The notes: a model not told the origin generated them from the sequence alone. A stretch of DNA of 37,556 bases from a virus (IMGVR_UViG_3300030090_005537:1-37556), one strand, 5' to 3'. Counted from the stretch's first letter, positions 23,248 through 32,531 are shown. Program-made: numbers and translations.

Positions 23248-23682
23248 TTATCCTATATTAGCTAAGTGTTGACATGATAAATCCCATTCAACTACATATT
23301 CTGAATCAGAATCCCCCACATCTAAATCACAACTACTTAATTGTACATTTGTAATTTTAGAAGAATCAGATAAAGTAGCAGTTACATTATCATGAATTAA
23401 AGCTTCTATCCTAGATACCTGTCTAAAAATATGCTCTAAAGAATTTCTTTTAATATTAGGTTCTCTAAAATGATAACTCATTTCTATAGAAAACTCTCTA
23501 AATTCAGCGCTATGCATATAATCTAACAGCTCAGTACTAACAGGGTTTAACCTAATGTACTGATTTCCAGGGTTATCTTCCTTCCCTGTAAACACTTTAA
23601 TAGACCCTTTAAATTCGTTTCTAAGAATACTTTCTAGTTTATCTAGTATATTCTTCCAATTATTCGTAAAAGTTATAGGCAT
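23248..23682 (-). CDS. head-tail joining / tail completion protein (by position), 144 aa
   Basis: ORF track; lies between the connector-like gene and the tube gene. Confidence 0.6.
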   Translation of the reverse strand: MPITFTNNWKNILDKLESILRNEFKGSIKVFTGKEDNPGNQYIRLNPVSTELLDYMHSAEFREFSIEMSYHFREPNIKRNSLEHIFRQVSRIEALIHDNVTATLSDSSKITNVQLSSCDLDVGDSDSEYVVEWDLSCQHLANIG

Positions 23683-23711
23683 AATATATTAACAATTTCC
23701 TTCCTAGACAA

Positions 23712-24704
23712 TTAATAAATTCTATGTCTTGTTCTTAAACCACCTCTAGTCATTTTTACAGACCTAACATTACCTATATTATCATCCATAGATTCCATTC
23801 TTCCCCATACTTCTATCTCCCATTCATCAGGAGTTCCTCCTGCAGTAGCAGAAGATGAACTATTTTTACCTGCAAATCTAATCTGAAGCCCATTTCCTAT
23901 AGGTTGATACTGTCCATTAATAACTTCAGCATCTACAATTTTATCAGCCTTTAAACTATCAGTAGATTTACCATAAACATCAAATTTAGCAGTACCTATT
24001 GCCCCTGCTGTATTAATTACTACTTTAATTAAATCATATATCCCTGAATAATTTCCTCTAGTATCTACTATGTGCAATCCATTAGAATTTTGAGGAGAGA
24101 CTACTTCTCTAACAATTCCTTTAGATGCATCACCTGTAACATTACCTGATAATCTAGTTTTCCCTGTATTTAATGCTTCTATATTTTCTTTAATCTCTTC
24201 ATCAAACTCATCTGCTAAAGGATTAGTAGGTTCTTGAGCTTTAATTAAAAACTTAGCAGATAATAAAGCTGCAGTCCTAACAATCATATAATCAAAATTA
24301 CCTTCTTTGTCTCTAAATTGGTCTCTAGGTAAATTAGCATCTAATCTAGCATCTAAAAATCTAGATGCATTTTTCATAATCCTAGTAATAAGAGTAGAAA
24401 ACTCTTCTCCTGCTTCCATTAATTTATCTAATGGAGTACTAGCTGAATAATAATAACATACATCTTCTGCAGAATTGTAAAACCATTCTCCTTCTACATT
24501 TAAATCAGTATGTGCTGATTGTGCAGGACCCAAATCTTCACCATCTGCAAATAATTGAGTTACTAAGCCACTATTATGAGCAGCATATTTATTAGTTGAG
24601 ACTTCTGTCCATCCATAAATAGGATTTTTAACATCATAGTCATCCATATTAGGAAATACATCCTTAACATCTCTATGTGTACAATATGTTGAACTTATTG
24701 CCAT
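23712..24704 (-). CDS. head-tail connector/adaptor-like protein with C-terminal extension, 330 aa
   Basis: The N-terminal about 170 aa (YCTHRDVKDVFP..., ...IVRTAALLSAKFLI...) resembles gp6-type adaptors; the C-terminal beta-rich domain is extra; AAGGAG RBS. Confidence 0.55.
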   Translation of the reverse strand: MAISSTYCTHRDVKDVFPNMDDYDVKNPIYGWTEVSTNKYAAHNSGLVTQLFADGEDLGPAQSAHTDLNVEGEWFYNSAEDVCYYYSASTPLDKLMEAGEEFSTLITRIMKNASRFLDARLDANLPRDQFRDKEGNFDYMIVRTAALLSAKFLIKAQEPTNPLADEFDEEIKENIEALNTGKTRLSGNVTGDASKGIVREVVSPQNSNGLHIVDTRGNYSGIYDLIKVVINTAGAIGTAKFDVYGKSTDSLKADKIVDAEVINGQYQPIGNGLQIRFAGKNSSSSATAGGTPDEWEIEVWGRMESMDDNIGNVRSVKMTRGGLRTRHRIY

Positions 24705-24715
24705 TTATATTCTCC

Positions 24716-24973
24716 TTACCACATTTTGCAAGACCAATATCTTGCTTTAGTTTTAGGTCCTGGAGTTGCACATCTATGCCTTGCTCTAAATGATTTTCTC
24801 CTTGCAGGACTAGATTTTTTAATTTTCATATTAGGGTCGCCAAACATTACTTTTTTAACTTTAGTACCTGCTTTAACAAATACTTTAAATTTTTTTCTAC
24901 CATAACCTGGTTGACCTTTAGTTATCCTAGAAGGTTTATTTAGCCTAACTGACTTTCCTCTATATTTAGCCAT
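24716..24973 (-). CDS. ultra-basic 85-aa protein (about one third Lys/Arg, one acidic residue)
   Basis: ORF track; C-terminal RKSFRARHRCATPGPKTKARYWSCKMW motif; start 1 nt after the stop of the upstream micro-ORF. Confidence 0.8.
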   Translation of the reverse strand: MAKYRGKSVRLNKPSRITKGQPGYGRKKFKVFVKAGTKVKKVMFGDPNMKIKKSSPARRKSFRARHRCATPGPKTKARYWSCKMW

Positions 24974-24974
24974 T

Positions 24975-25064
24975 TCATCTCCTCTTTTTAGGTTTCATTT
25001 TTTTAGACTTCTTTTTAGAAGGTCTCCCTCTTTTTTTCCCATAAGTACCTTTTCCATATGGCAT
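24975..25064 (-). CDS. 29-aa ultra-basic peptide with AT-hook core (MPYGKGTYGKKRGRPSKKKSKKMKPKKRR)
   Basis: Hand translation; perfect AAGGAGG RBS 7 nt upstream of ATG 25064; absent from the ORF track. Confidence 0.65.
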   Translation of the reverse strand: MPYGKGTYGKKRGRPSKKKSKKMKPKKRR

Positions 25065-25075
25065 ATTATACCTCC

Positions 25076-26677
25076 TTAATTAAATGCTACTATTTCTATT
25101 GGTGTATTAACTTTACTATTGCAAGAACGAGCTGAAACATTAACTATAACATTTTCGGCTGCAGATGTCGCATTTGCTCCTCCACCATGAGCTGAATCAT
25201 AATTAGCTGTTATAGCAAACTCTGCATTTGGCAAACCTGTAAAGTCAATAGCTCCTGTTTGATAGTTTATAGTTCCTACAGCAGTTCCTCTAATATTCCC
25301 ATGACCATCATCATAAAAGAATACTGATGCATTTGGAACTGTTACCCCTTTATCGTCTATAATTGTATCAGGTGGTAATTTGCCTGCTACTGCACCTGCA
25401 GGACTAGCAGGGAATCTTGCTATTCTATTTGAACCATCAAACAACTCATCAACATTTGCAGTTCCACTTGTCCCTGCTGTTAATGCTATTGCTGAAGTAG
25501 ATAAATGTTGCCCTGATGTAAATCTTAAATCTCCATCTACAATCCCTACATGAACCTTTTTTTCAAATAAATTGCCTTCTGTGTAAAATTGAGCATCTAA
25601 AGCATCTTGAATTTTTCTTATTATTCCATTTGTTCCTCCAAACCTAACATTAGAACCATCAGTTGTAAATGAAATTTCTATAGTAGAGCCTCCATCAACT
25701 GCTATAGTGAAATAATAAGTAGTAGAAGTAGATAGCCCTGAATTTGTTTGTGGAGTTATCCCTTTCATTCCACAAGCCTGATAGCCTGATTCATAAAATT
25801 TCCCTGCTACAGAGCCTGGAACTATTCCATCTGCTGTATTGTCTGTAACTCTACCAAGTCCAAAAAAGTTCATAACCCCAAACCTTCCTGAAGCATCTGT
25901 TTGTATTTTAGTAAATGTATTATAATCTCCATATATATTAAATACAGGAAACCAAACCCTTGCATTGTCTACTGCTCCATTTGTAGCATCTGTTTGTGCA
26001 TCTTTATCTGCTGCTGATGTACCATATAAAGCTCTTTCTACAGTTAAAAGATTTGTTGCTATATTTGTAACTCTCATAACCTCTATTCTTGTAGTAGTGC
26101 TATCGTTTATCCCTAATTGAATTAAATCTCCTACTTCAAAATAATCTCCATCATCAACTGTAATAGTTGTGTCTGCAGCTTCAACCCCTGCATCGTTAAG
26201 TGCTAATCCTGTAAATGAATATGGAGCTGAACCTGAAGGTAAAGTTAAATAATCGCCACTCGTAGCAGGTTTAGCATTTGCAGCAGAAGCTGCTTCATTA
26301 TAGCCAACCCATCTTACATTTGGTAGAAATATATACTCTCCTGCACCTAATAAGAAAGAAGCATATCTAGCTGTTGTAGCTCCACCACCTGTATCTACAG
26401 AATTTGCATCATCTACATCAGAATTGTTTTTATATTCATTTAGTCTAATTTGAACTTCTGCTCCTACTGCTCCATGATTTTTAATAACCATAGCTCTTAC
26501 ATTTTGTAAATTTTGAGCAGATATACTTGTAGATGACCCTATCAGCTTAATAAAACCATCACTATTATCTACTTCTTGCCTTAAATTAAATACTTCATTA
26601 TAGTTTTCAGATAGGCTAAAATCATAACTATCTCCTAACCCTGTCTTTATTGATAAACTTTCTGTTAATGTTGCCAT
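25076..26677 (-). CDS. virion structural protein, 533 aa (fibre- or decoration-like)
   Basis: ORF track; AGGAG RBS; Gly/Thr/Ala/Asn-rich. Confidence 0.8.
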   Translation of the reverse strand: MATLTESLSIKTGLGDSYDFSLSENYNEVFNLRQEVDNSDGFIKLIGSSTSISAQNLQNVRAMVIKNHGAVGAEVQIRLNEYKNNSDVDDANSVDTGGGATTARYASFLLGAGEYIFLPNVRWVGYNEAASAANAKPATSGDYLTLPSGSAPYSFTGLALNDAGVEAADTTITVDDGDYFEVGDLIQLGINDSTTTRIEVMRVTNIATNLLTVERALYGTSAADKDAQTDATNGAVDNARVWFPVFNIYGDYNTFTKIQTDASGRFGVMNFFGLGRVTDNTADGIVPGSVAGKFYESGYQACGMKGITPQTNSGLSTSTTYYFTIAVDGGSTIEISFTTDGSNVRFGGTNGIIRKIQDALDAQFYTEGNLFEKKVHVGIVDGDLRFTSGQHLSTSAIALTAGTSGTANVDELFDGSNRIARFPASPAGAVAGKLPPDTIIDDKGVTVPNASVFFYDDGHGNIRGTAVGTINYQTGAIDFTGLPNAEFAITANYDSAHGGGANATSAAENVIVNVSARSCNSKVNTPIEIVAFN

Positions 26678-26685
26678 ACTTTCTC

Positions 26686-27477
26686 CTATCTTAAATGATA
26701 TTTTATATACATGTTTACTGAATAATCTGAATTAACTGAATCTGACCTTAAAAATGCCAAAATTACTTTCCCTGCATCTACATCTGAACTCCCAATGGTA
26801 AATGTGCTTTTATAAGTTTGCTCAGCTCCTGCATTAGTTACATCTGAATTGTAAGCTAAAACTGTGCCTCCTGTCAATGCACCTGTTGCTCCACTAGAAT
26901 AAGTGTAAGACATTAAGTGCATACGAGTAGTATCTCCTGTGGCTGCATCTGCCCCTTCAATAGCCACAACAGAATCAATAGTAATATCATCCATTACATA
27001 CCATAAACATGGAACTAAATCCCCTCCTCTTTCATTTGATGAATCTGCTGTAGTAAATGTATCGGCAGGGTCTGTTCCTGTTCCAAAAGTAGGAAAGGTA
27101 ACTGAATTTTGATTTGCCGAATATGAAAGTGGGTAATGATTATTTGCTAAAGCTCCTGACCACCAAGCACTATTCATTTGGAATGTTGCATATTGTGTAT
27201 TGGCTATATCTTGATTAACATTTACTTTAACAACGCTATTGGTCGAATCTACATTTAGCAATGGAGTTCCACCTTTTGAGGTTACCCTAAAACAACTTGT
27301 AGTTTCATCATTTTGAGGTTTGACAAGCAAGCTGTCATCTGATAATGATAAAGCAGACTTAGTGCCTTCTCCATCAGTTACTGCTTCTATTGATGTATCT
27401 AATCCATTTGCATTATCATCTATTCTTAATATAGATTTATAGCTACTCGCTATTGTATTATTTGTTAATCCTGCCAT
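26686..27477 (-). CDS. virion structural protein, 263 aa (fibre-like)
   Basis: ORF track; start coupled to the upstream micro-ORF (TAATG). Confidence 0.8.
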   Translation of the reverse strand: MAGLTNNTIASSYKSILRIDDNANGLDTSIEAVTDGEGTKSALSLSDDSLLVKPQNDETTSCFRVTSKGGTPLLNVDSTNSVVKVNVNQDIANTQYATFQMNSAWWSGALANNHYPLSYSANQNSVTFPTFGTGTDPADTFTTADSSNERGGDLVPCLWYVMDDITIDSVVAIEGADAATGDTTRMHLMSYTYSSGATGALTGGTVLAYNSDVTNAGAEQTYKSTFTIGSSDVDAGKVILAFLRSDSVNSDYSVNMYIKYHLR

Positions 27478-27596
27478 TATTTATTCACCTCATCAATTAT
27501 TTCGTTAATTTTTTTTAATAATTCTTCAAATGGCTCTATTGGTTCGCCTTCGCCATTTTCAAACAAATCATTATATTCTAATTTAGTTATTGCCAT
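27477..27596 (-). CDS. 39-aa acidic micro-protein (MAITKLEYNDLFENGEGEPIEPFEELLKKINEIIDEVNK)
   Basis: Fills the gap between two fibre-like genes exactly, with TAATG coupling at both ends. Confidence 0.6.
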   Translation of the reverse strand: MAITKLEYNDLFENGEGEPIEPFEELLKKINEIIDEVNK

Positions 27597-29098
27597 TATG
27601 AATATTCTCCACTTATTGTTCCACTAAAATAAAAATGAGTGCTTGCGCTATGGCTTTCTTTTTTCATCATAATAAATAAACCATCACCTGCACTAAATGT
27701 ATTTGAACTGCTTATTGCTGCACTTTTATAAAATGTTTTGCTAGATGTAGTTATGCCACAAGCACCACTTGCTCCTATTTGTGTTAAAGATAATGAGCTA
27801 TTAGCACTTGATGGAGTTCCTTTAAATACATAAAATTGACAATCATCACTACCACCTCTAACAAATACATCTATTTTAGTTAATGTTCCATCAGCAGGAG
27901 CAATCCATTCTGCTGCATACATATCAAAATAAGTAATGCTTGTTGGAGAACTTTCAGAATTATTCCAAACATTGTTATTAGGATAATATTGAAAGTAATA
28001 AGTCGTTGATGAGCTATTAGATGTTTTATAACCACCCCATGAGTGCGACCATCTACTTGTACCTCCACCCCCACCTGCTGCTGATATAGCTGCATCAATC
28101 TGCGCTCTTGTTTGAACTGCAGATGCACTTGTATCATCATAAGTTGAGCCATCATGATTTGTTAATCTAAATCTACCTGCTATTGCTGCTGTGCTTGATG
28201 CTCCATTTTCCTGCAATCTTAACATATTAACATCGCCAACTTGAAAATCTAATATGTCAGCACCACTTTCATGTATATAGGTGTCTGTTCCACCATCAAA
28301 ATATAATTTTTTTTCTGAAGCTAGGGTTGTATCTTCTGATATATTAACTTTTCCACCCCCACCTGCTTGATTAGGAGATAAAAATATAGCTCTTTGTGCA
28401 ACAACAGCAGTATCTGTTCCCCCTGTAGCACTAAATACAGTATTCCCACCTGCTTTCATCGTAAGTACATTTGCTATGCTTTCAGATATATAGGTATCGC
28501 CACCTCCATCTAAATAAAGTCTTTTACCACTAGATAAAGCTACATTGCCTGCATTATCAACATAAAATGTACTTGCACCTGTAAGATGTAATAAATATAA
28601 TTCATCCCAACCTGTAATATCTGTATTAGTAGCAACTCCTTCAATCAATTTGTAAACACAAGCTCCTGAATCACTTGTATCATTTAAAGTAACACTTACA
28701 TTTAATGCAGAGTTATAAGTATTTGTTGTATCTGCAGCAGTTATAGTGCCACCTCTAATCTCTGTCTGTATTCCTTTAGTTTTGGCATTGTTTACATTTA
28801 AAGTAGTATCTGAGTTAGATACAAAAAACATATTGTAAAAACTATCAACATCATTTTCTGAAAAATGTAATCTATTTTGCAAGTTAATAAAATATAAAAA
28901 TCCTGCATTAACAACAATTTTATCACCTAACAGTTCAAACATTCCAACAGTATTAGTTATGCTTCCTGTTATTTCAAGGTCGCCTTTGACCTTAGCACCA
29001 TTGCCTTCAGTAGCAAGCTCAAGGGAGGTTATTTCCTCCCCTGACTTGATTACCTTTAGATGTTTATCTAAATTTTTATCTGAAGTTAGATTAGCCAT
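27596..29098 (-). CDS. fibre-like virion protein, 500 aa, with repeated LY(L/F)DGGxDTYIxES motif
   Basis: ORF track; motifs KRLYLDGGGDTYISES (28481-28525) and KKLYFDGGTDTYIHES (28265-28312). Confidence 0.8.
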   Translation of the reverse strand: MANLTSDKNLDKHLKVIKSGEEITSLELATEGNGAKVKGDLEITGSITNTVGMFELLGDKIVVNAGFLYFINLQNRLHFSENDVDSFYNMFFVSNSDTTLNVNNAKTKGIQTEIRGGTITAADTTNTYNSALNVSVTLNDTSDSGACVYKLIEGVATNTDITGWDELYLLHLTGASTFYVDNAGNVALSSGKRLYLDGGGDTYISESIANVLTMKAGGNTVFSATGGTDTAVVAQRAIFLSPNQAGGGGKVNISEDTTLASEKKLYFDGGTDTYIHESGADILDFQVGDVNMLRLQENGASSTAAIAGRFRLTNHDGSTYDDTSASAVQTRAQIDAAISAAGGGGGTSRWSHSWGGYKTSNSSSTTYYFQYYPNNNVWNNSESSPTSITYFDMYAAEWIAPADGTLTKIDVFVRGGSDDCQFYVFKGTPSSANSSLSLTQIGASGACGITTSSKTFYKSAAISSSNTFSAGDGLFIMMKKESHSASTHFYFSGTISGEYS

Positions 29099-29384
29099 CT
29101 ACCCTTAAACCTCTAATGAAACCTTTAACAGCTCCACCAACTACATTGTCAATTAAATCAATAAACCAAGGCTCTATAGTATTATTCCAAAACTTTTTAG
29201 TTAAGCTCCATTTGCTTAAACCTAAAGTTATTGTTTTGCCTATAGTATAGAACAATGTTTCTACCATTTCACAAATATAGTCATTAGGGACTCTTTTCAA
29301 GACCCATAAAACTACAGCTGCGCCACTTCCACTTGCTATTAAACTTGCATTATTACTTACTAATCCTAAAACTGAATCAAACAT
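29091..29384 (-). CDS. membrane protein, 97 aa (holin-like candidate)
   Basis: N-terminal hydrophobic segment LIASGSGAAVVLWVL; located in the lysis-like cluster. Confidence 0.6.
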   Translation of the reverse strand: MFDSVLGLVSNNASLIASGSGAAVVLWVLKRVPNDYICEMVETLFYTIGKTITLGLSKWSLTKKFWNNTIEPWFIDLIDNVVGGAVKGFIRGLRVDG

Positions 29385-29385
29385 A

Positions 29386-29601
29386 TTATAACTCCTCTAT
29401 TTGTTTTTTACATTGATTACATATAACGAACTCTCTTTGTGGATGAGCCATTTTCTCTAAAGACTCAACCCTGGCTCTTAAGTTTTTAATTTCCTTATCA
29501 GCTTCATTAGGGTTTTCCACATAGTCGAGAACTTTGTCTAACTTAAACTGTTTAGCCAATATCGATATTGCTTTTTCAACTAAAACTCCTGTTCCTATCA
29601 T
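29386..29601 (-). CDS. hypothetical protein, 71 aa, C-terminal CxxC
   Basis: ORF track; ATGA-coupled to the upstream micro-ORF. Confidence 0.7.
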   Translation of the reverse strand: MIGTGVLVEKAISILAKQFKLDKVLDYVENPNEADKEIKNLRARVESLEKMAHPQREFVICNQCKKQIEEL

Positions 29602-29741
29602 AATTCTTTCTTAATCTTAATTAAAAAATATATAAATGTTACTACTCCAACAGCTACAGAAACTAAATCAGGTAAGACACCTAGGCTTATTGCTGCTGCA
29701 CTACCTACTCCTACTGCTGTTGTCCTTAATGTATCAGTCAT
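29598..29741 (-). CDS. 47-aa hydrophobic peptide (holin-like candidate)
   Basis: MTDTLRTTAVGVGSAAAISLGVLPDLVSVAVGVVTFIYFLIKIKKEL; coupled at both ends; absent from the ORF track. Confidence 0.55.
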   Translation of the reverse strand: MTDTLRTTAVGVGSAAAISLGVLPDLVSVAVGVVTFIYFLIKIKKEL

Positions 29742-30105
29742 TACTTTTCTCCCACCTTGAAAGGTCTAACATAGATAGAGGTTTTTCTATCTTATGTGTT
29801 TTTAATTGGTCATTCTGTATAGCCATCTTATTCCCTGATTTAACATAAGGCTTTCCATCAGGAGATGTACCCACTTCATATACAAAAAATATTGTTTTAA
29901 AAAATCCTACTCTAACTACACGAGCAGGTCTATCATCTATAATAACTACATCGTCAGTATTTAAATCATCACCATAAAAGACTTTAAAGCCTTCTACAGC
30001 TCCTTCTATTGCTGAACGAAATAGCATTGCTGCAAAACCAACGAGAAACATCCACCCATAAGAGCCTAATAATCCTTCTAATTGTGATTGTAGCTCTTGT
30101 TGCAT
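29734..30105 (-). CDS. single-pass membrane protein, 123 aa, with an MscS beta-domain-like segment (tentative)
   Basis: TM segment GWMFLVGFAAMLF, then DDVVIIDDRPARVVRVGFFKTIF, which resembles the GDxVxIxGxxGxVxxIxxRxT pattern. Confidence 0.6.
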   Translation of the reverse strand: MQQELQSQLEGLLGSYGWMFLVGFAAMLFRSAIEGAVEGFKVFYGDDLNTDDVVIIDDRPARVVRVGFFKTIFFVYEVGTSPDGKPYVKSGNKMAIQNDQLKTHKIEKPLSMLDLSRWEKSND

Positions 30106-30881
30106 TAAACATTTCCATCTATCACATTACCCCAAAGGGATGTTTTCCCATTAATTATCTGTATAACATGTACTGTAAAGTAACCATTTTCAAAGAAATC
30201 TACAATAGAAAAAGCATGGCTCCAATTATGTTTTCTATTACCAAGCCAAGCATTCTTTTCATCTCCCATATCTTTTAGACAGCCAATACTCCAGGCAGAC
30301 TTTACTCCATCCATATGAGTAAGGCTAGATTGTTGTAGGTCATGGTGATGCCCATACATAATATTAGAGCCTAACTTTACAAGATGATTCCTAGTATGGT
30401 TGATGCTACCAAAATGATGTCCATGATAAAAGAATAGCTTGCCTATTTTTAGATACTTGCCTATAGGATAAAATGTATATCCTCTTTCATCTAGTTTAAC
30501 TACATTTTTAAATTCATAATTTAAATATGGATGTTCTTCAGTAAACCTATTCATCCAATCGTCATGATTACCCTCTGTGATATATTTTTCTTTGCAATTA
30601 ACTTTATCTAATGACTCATCAATAATGTCCATTCCACTATTTACATCTACTATATCTTTTTCTATAAAAGGTAGTTGGTATTCGATAGGAGGTCTTTTTT
30701 TCTTTTTCCATTGCCAATGAGAGCAACCATGCCACTCACCAACATCTCCTAAATCTACATATATATCAGGTTTAACTATTTCGATAGTCTTACATAAGAC
30801 TTTAATTGCAGGCATATCAGCTAAGGGAAAGTGTTTATCAGGAGTTACTATTGCTCGTCTGACAGGATTTTTTTTAGGCAT
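30105..30881 (-). CDS. calcineurin-like metallophosphoesterase, 258 aa
   Basis: All five motifs in order: VTPDKH, DLGDVGE, EGNHDDW, YHGHH, YGHHHD. Confidence 0.85.
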   Translation of the reverse strand: MPKKNPVRRAIVTPDKHFPLADMPAIKVLCKTIEIVKPDIYVDLGDVGEWHGCSHWQWKKKKRPPIEYQLPFIEKDIVDVNSGMDIIDESLDKVNCKEKYITEGNHDDWMNRFTEEHPYLNYEFKNVVKLDERGYTFYPIGKYLKIGKLFFYHGHHFGSINHTRNHLVKLGSNIMYGHHHDLQQSSLTHMDGVKSAWSIGCLKDMGDEKNAWLGNRKHNWSHAFSIVDFFENGYFTVHVIQIINGKTSLWGNVIDGNV

Positions 30882-30890
30882 AACTCTCCT

Positions 30891-31343
30891 TTAATGTTTA
30901 GCTTCGTTACATTCTATAAAATGTTTTACAGTTCCTTTTCCAAGTTCGGTATTATATACTCTTTTCCAATATTTAGCTTGACCTTCCATATCATCCCATG
31001 AGGGGATAGGCTTTGAATCTCGTCTATACTTAAGTCGGCAGAATGCTGCTTGTAATGCTATACTTGATAATACAGAAAATTCTAAATCATCTTCATCTAG
31101 ACCTAATCCAAGTAGAATATCTTTGATGTGGGGTCTGTATGCCACATAATTATCTAAAGTATCTTTAACTGTATCTAGTTCAACCTGCCAAAATCCTATT
31201 GCAGGACCCTTATATTGCCTTAAGGCTCTATAGCCTGATTCTGCCCATCCTGTCCTCATTACTAAGGATAATGCATCATCGCTATACATATCTAATTTGT
31301 ATAATGTACCTTCTACGATTTCTTTAATTGAATTAATCATCAT
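30891..31343 (-). CDS. lytic transglycosylase (SLT/lysozyme-like) domain protein, 150 aa
   Basis: GWAESGYRALRQYKGPAIGFWQVELDT fits the catalytic E-S ... G-x-x-Q pattern of SLT domains. Confidence 0.65.
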   Translation of the reverse strand: MMINSIKEIVEGTLYKLDMYSDDALSLVMRTGWAESGYRALRQYKGPAIGFWQVELDTVKDTLDNYVAYRPHIKDILLGLGLDEDDLEFSVLSSIALQAAFCRLKYRRDSKPIPSWDDMEGQAKYWKRVYNTELGKGTVKHFIECNEAKH

Positions 31344-31525
31344 TTCTTGCTAGTTTTTTTCTTTTTAGGTTTAGGAGTTTCTTTAGGTGTCTCCATAACC
31401 TCTATGTCATATCTTCCATCTGCTTGTAAATTCTCTAAGTATTTTTTGCCAACCATAAATTCTTTATCAACTGCATAACCTGATGGAAACTTATTTCCCT
31501 TAAACATTACTTTAATGTCTTTCAT
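31340..31525 (-). CDS. hypothetical protein, 61 aa, with Lys-rich tail
   Basis: Track frame; ATG 31525 follows AGGAGAG. The longer track start (31570) would run through the terminator hairpin. Confidence 0.65.
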   Translation of the reverse strand: MKDIKVMFKGNKFPSGYAVDKEFMVGKKYLENLQADGRYDIEVMETPKETPKPKKKKTSKK

Positions 31526-31543
31526 AAACTCTCCTATAATAAA

Positions 31544-31566
31544 TAGGGGGAGAAAAACTCCCCCTA
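31544..31566 (-). terminator. hairpin TAGGGGGAG-5 nt-CTCCCCCTA downstream of the capsid gene
   Basis: Perfect 9-bp G/C-rich stem followed by TATTTATT on the - strand, 24 nt after the capsid-gene stop. Confidence 0.7.
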
Positions 31567-31589
31567 TCATATTGTTAACTATCTACTTA

Positions 31590-32531
31590 CTACCAAGCAG
31601 TAGTACCCTCTTCTACGATACCCCAACATTTAGTTTGAGAAGAATCTTGAAGTAATTTAACTCCATAGATAGCATCTCCAACTAATTTGTGAGCAATATA
31701 ATCAATATCGTATTCAGAGTTCATAGTAGGCTGTTTGCTAAAAGCATATCCTAAAGCATCTTTATGAACAACAAATCCACCAAGAACATTATTATCATTT
31801 AAGGCACCATCATCAGAATCAACAGCACCATTTGCATTTGTAGATGTGATGTTATTAGAAAGAACAACATTCATACCCATAACACTACCAACAAAACCAT
31901 TTGGCATATCTGCAGCGCCTGTTTTAGAAACATGAATAAAGTCATCTATTCTAAATAAAGATGAATACAAAGTAGGATTAAGTACTAATGTACACTCATT
32001 AAGTGGACAATTATTTTCCATAACCACTTTGCTAATATGTGCTAAAGTTGCAGCATCAATAGTTTTTGCTACTGTGTTGCCTGCAATATTAATACACTCT
32101 TCTGTTAAAGCTAATGCAGCCTCTACATCTGTATCAAAACCTAAAGCTAATTGATAGCCAATAGAATCTGAATACATGCTTAATAAGTCTGCACTTGCTT
32201 GTACAACACCCATATCATCTAACATTGCTGAAGCATATTTATGAGTTTGAACTGTAATTTGCAAAGAATCTTCAGTTGCATTTGTATAATTTACAGGAAC
32301 ATGCGCTGATTTAGCTGCTGCTGCTGCTACATCTGCTACAGATGGGACATTAATTATATCCCCTCCACCTGCAATTAAAGCTGAAAAGTCATTACCTAAA
32401 TTTCCAAGCACTAAGTTTTTTTTGAAAGCTGCTCTTACAGCATCCGACCAAATTTCAGGAATAAATACTGCTAATTCTGTATCTGAAGCTTGAGAAGCTG
32501 CTGGATTCGCCAACCCTGTTGAAGTTGCCAT
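31590..32531 (-). CDS. major capsid protein (HK97-fold type), 313 aa
   Basis: Follows the scaffold gene and is followed by a terminator; N-terminal ...ELAVFIPEIWSDAVRAAF... is typical of this class. Confidence 0.8.
   Translation of the reverse strand: MATSTGLANPAASQASDTELAVFIPEIWSDAVRAAFKKNLVLGNLGNDFSALIAGGGDIINVPSVADVAAAAAKSAHVPVNYTNATEDSLQITVQTHKYASAMLDDMGVVQASADLLSMYSDSIGYQLALGFDTDVEAALALTEECINIAGNTVAKTIDAATLAHISKVVMENNCPLNECTLVLNPTLYSSLFRIDDFIHVSKTGAADMPNGFVGSVMGMNVVLSNNITSTNANGAVDSDDGALNDNNVLGGFVVHKDALGYAFSKQPTMNSEYDIDYIAHKLVGDAIYGVKLLQDSSQTKCWGIVEEGTTAW

Noticed and set aside
27880-28155. 91-aa same-strand alternative-frame ORF within the 500-aa fibre-like gene
   Set aside because: It has Met/Gln/Leu-rich low-complexity sequence and no RBS or coupling signal. 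It is most likely a chance open frame.
27596-29098. Diversity-generating retroelement target in the fibre-like gene with internal repeats
   Set aside because: The repeats are protein-motif duplications, not near-identical template/variable DNA pairs, and no reverse transcriptase gene exists in the genome.
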